Assembly: GCF_900167395.1 (NCBI RefSeq)
Contig: NZ_FUWK01000063.1
Location: 1-7,510, forward strand
DNA: 7,510 nt
Origin: Nitrosomonas europaea
Lineage (GTDB): Bacteria > Pseudomonadota > Gammaproteobacteria > Burkholderiales > Nitrosomonadaceae
Reading direction: 5' to 3'
Below are positions 7,019 to 7,510 of the stretch, in pieces. A program made the translations under genes and the position numbers. Each line of letters opens with the position of its first letter. Positions within the stretch are counted from its first letter, which is position 1. The notes beneath the pieces were generated by a model. The model was not told where the DNA came from, made no database searches, and saw only the letters and a program-made list of their open reading frames with translations.

Positions 7019-7510
7019 ATGCAACCCATCAAGAAATCCAGCAAACTCGATAATGTCTGCTACGACATACGCGGCCCGGTTCTCGATCGCGCCAGACAAA
7101 TGGAGGATGAAGGCCAGCGTGTTATCAAGCTCAACATCGGCAATCCTGCTTCCTTCGGGTTCGAGGCGCCGGACGAGATTCTGCAGGATGTCATCCGCAA
7201 TCTTTCTGCTGCATCCGGTTATTGCGATTCCAAAGGGTTGTTTGCTGCCCGCAAAGCCATCATGCACTACACGCAGGAAAAAAATATCGCCAACGTGCAG
7301 ATGGATGACATTTATATCGGGAATGGCGTATCGGAACTGATCATGCTGGCCACGCAGGCGCTGCTGGAAAATGGTGATGAAATACTGGTTCCCTCGCCGG
7401 ATTACCCGCTGTGGACGGCAGCCATCTCGCTTGCCGGCGGGGTTGCACGTCATTACACCTGTGACGAACAATCCAGCTGGCTGCCCGATCCGGAAAACAT
7501 AAAAGCCCAG
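7019..7510 (+). CDS. alaA: Glutamate-pyruvate (alanine) aminotransferase, AlaA/YfbQ type, class I PLP-dependent (N-terminal 164 codons; continues beyond the right edge)
   Basis: My own translation from ATG 7019 reads MQPIKKSSKLDNVCYDIRGPVLDRARQMEDEGQRVIKLNIGNPASFGFEAPDEILQDVIRNLSAASGYCDSKGLFAARKAIMHYTQEKNIANVQMDDIYIGNGVSELIMLATQALLENGDEILVPSPDYPLWTAAISLAGGVARHYTCDEQSSWLPDPENIKAQ, with no stops through 7510. It is nearly collinear with my recollection of E. coli AlaA (MSPIEKSSKLENVCYDIRGPVL...KLNIGNPAPFGFDAPDEIL.DVIRNL..AQGYCDSKGL.SARKAIM...IYIGNGVSELI..A.QALLN.GDE.LVPAPDYPLWTAA.SL.GG.A.HY.CDE). It is missing from the ORF track because it runs off the edge. Alternative in-frame starts exist at ATG 6980 and GTG 7010. 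Confidence 0.9.
   Translation, partial: MQPIKKSSKLDNVCYDIRGPVLDRARQMEDEGQRVIKLNIGNPASFGFEAPDEILQDVIRNLSAASGYCDSKGLFAARKAIMHYTQEKNIANVQMDDIYIGNGVSELIMLATQALLENGDEILVPSPDYPLWTAAISLAGGVARHYTCDEQSSWLPDPENIKAQ

Noticed and set aside
6917-7471. 184-aa minus-strand ORF from the supplied track
   Set aside because: It is antisense to the strongly AlaA-like plus-strand reading frame at 7019..7510. It has no recognisable motifs and no SD. It is a shadow ORF.
1-7510. Possibility of a novel defence, mobile or accessory system in the window
   Set aside because: Every substantial ORF is accounted for by a well-conserved housekeeping family: two aaRS, a cell-wall hydrolase, PEP synthase and its regulator, an aminotransferase and a conserved DUF498. 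I saw no direct or inverted terminal repeats, integrase or transposase signatures, repeat arrays or tRNA attachment sites. The only compositional shift is a mildly lower GC, judged by eye, in the NlpC/P60 gene. Claiming a new system would not be supported by the sequence.

Overview
This window looks like ordinary core-genome housekeeping DNA from a Gram-negative, Proteobacteria-like organism of moderate GC. I could not run a taxonomic search. I support seven protein-coding genes. (1) The 5' part of lysS (class II lysyl-tRNA synthetase) lies on the minus strand and runs off the left edge. (2) glnS (glutaminyl-tRNA synthetase) is on the plus strand, divergent from lysS across a 279-bp spacer. 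(3) An NlpC/P60 (Spr/MepS-like) peptidoglycan endopeptidase lipoprotein is on the plus strand. (4, 5) ppsA (PEP synthase) and ppsR (its regulatory kinase/pyrophosphorylase) sit in tandem on the minus strand, with stop and start sharing one base (TAATG). (6) A DUF498/Mth938-like protein of unknown function lies just upstream of ppsA on the same strand. (7) The 5' part of an AlaA-type aminotransferase is on the plus strand and runs off the right edge. The two edge genes are missing from the supplied ORF track, which instead shows long antisense shadow ORFs at those positions. I found no tRNA, rRNA, CRISPR array, transposase, integrase, phage gene, toxin-antitoxin pair or defence-type gene, so I see no convincing evidence of a novel multi-gene system here. 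The items worth a second look are modest: the coupled ppsA-ppsR operon with the uncharacterised DUF498 gene upstream, a perfect 14-bp palindrome between the DUF498 gene and alaA, and an SD-less GTG start for glnS preceded by an unusually long open frame and short uORF in a GC-rich, potentially structured spacer. Every promoter and structure call is a by-eye motif match and carries low confidence.
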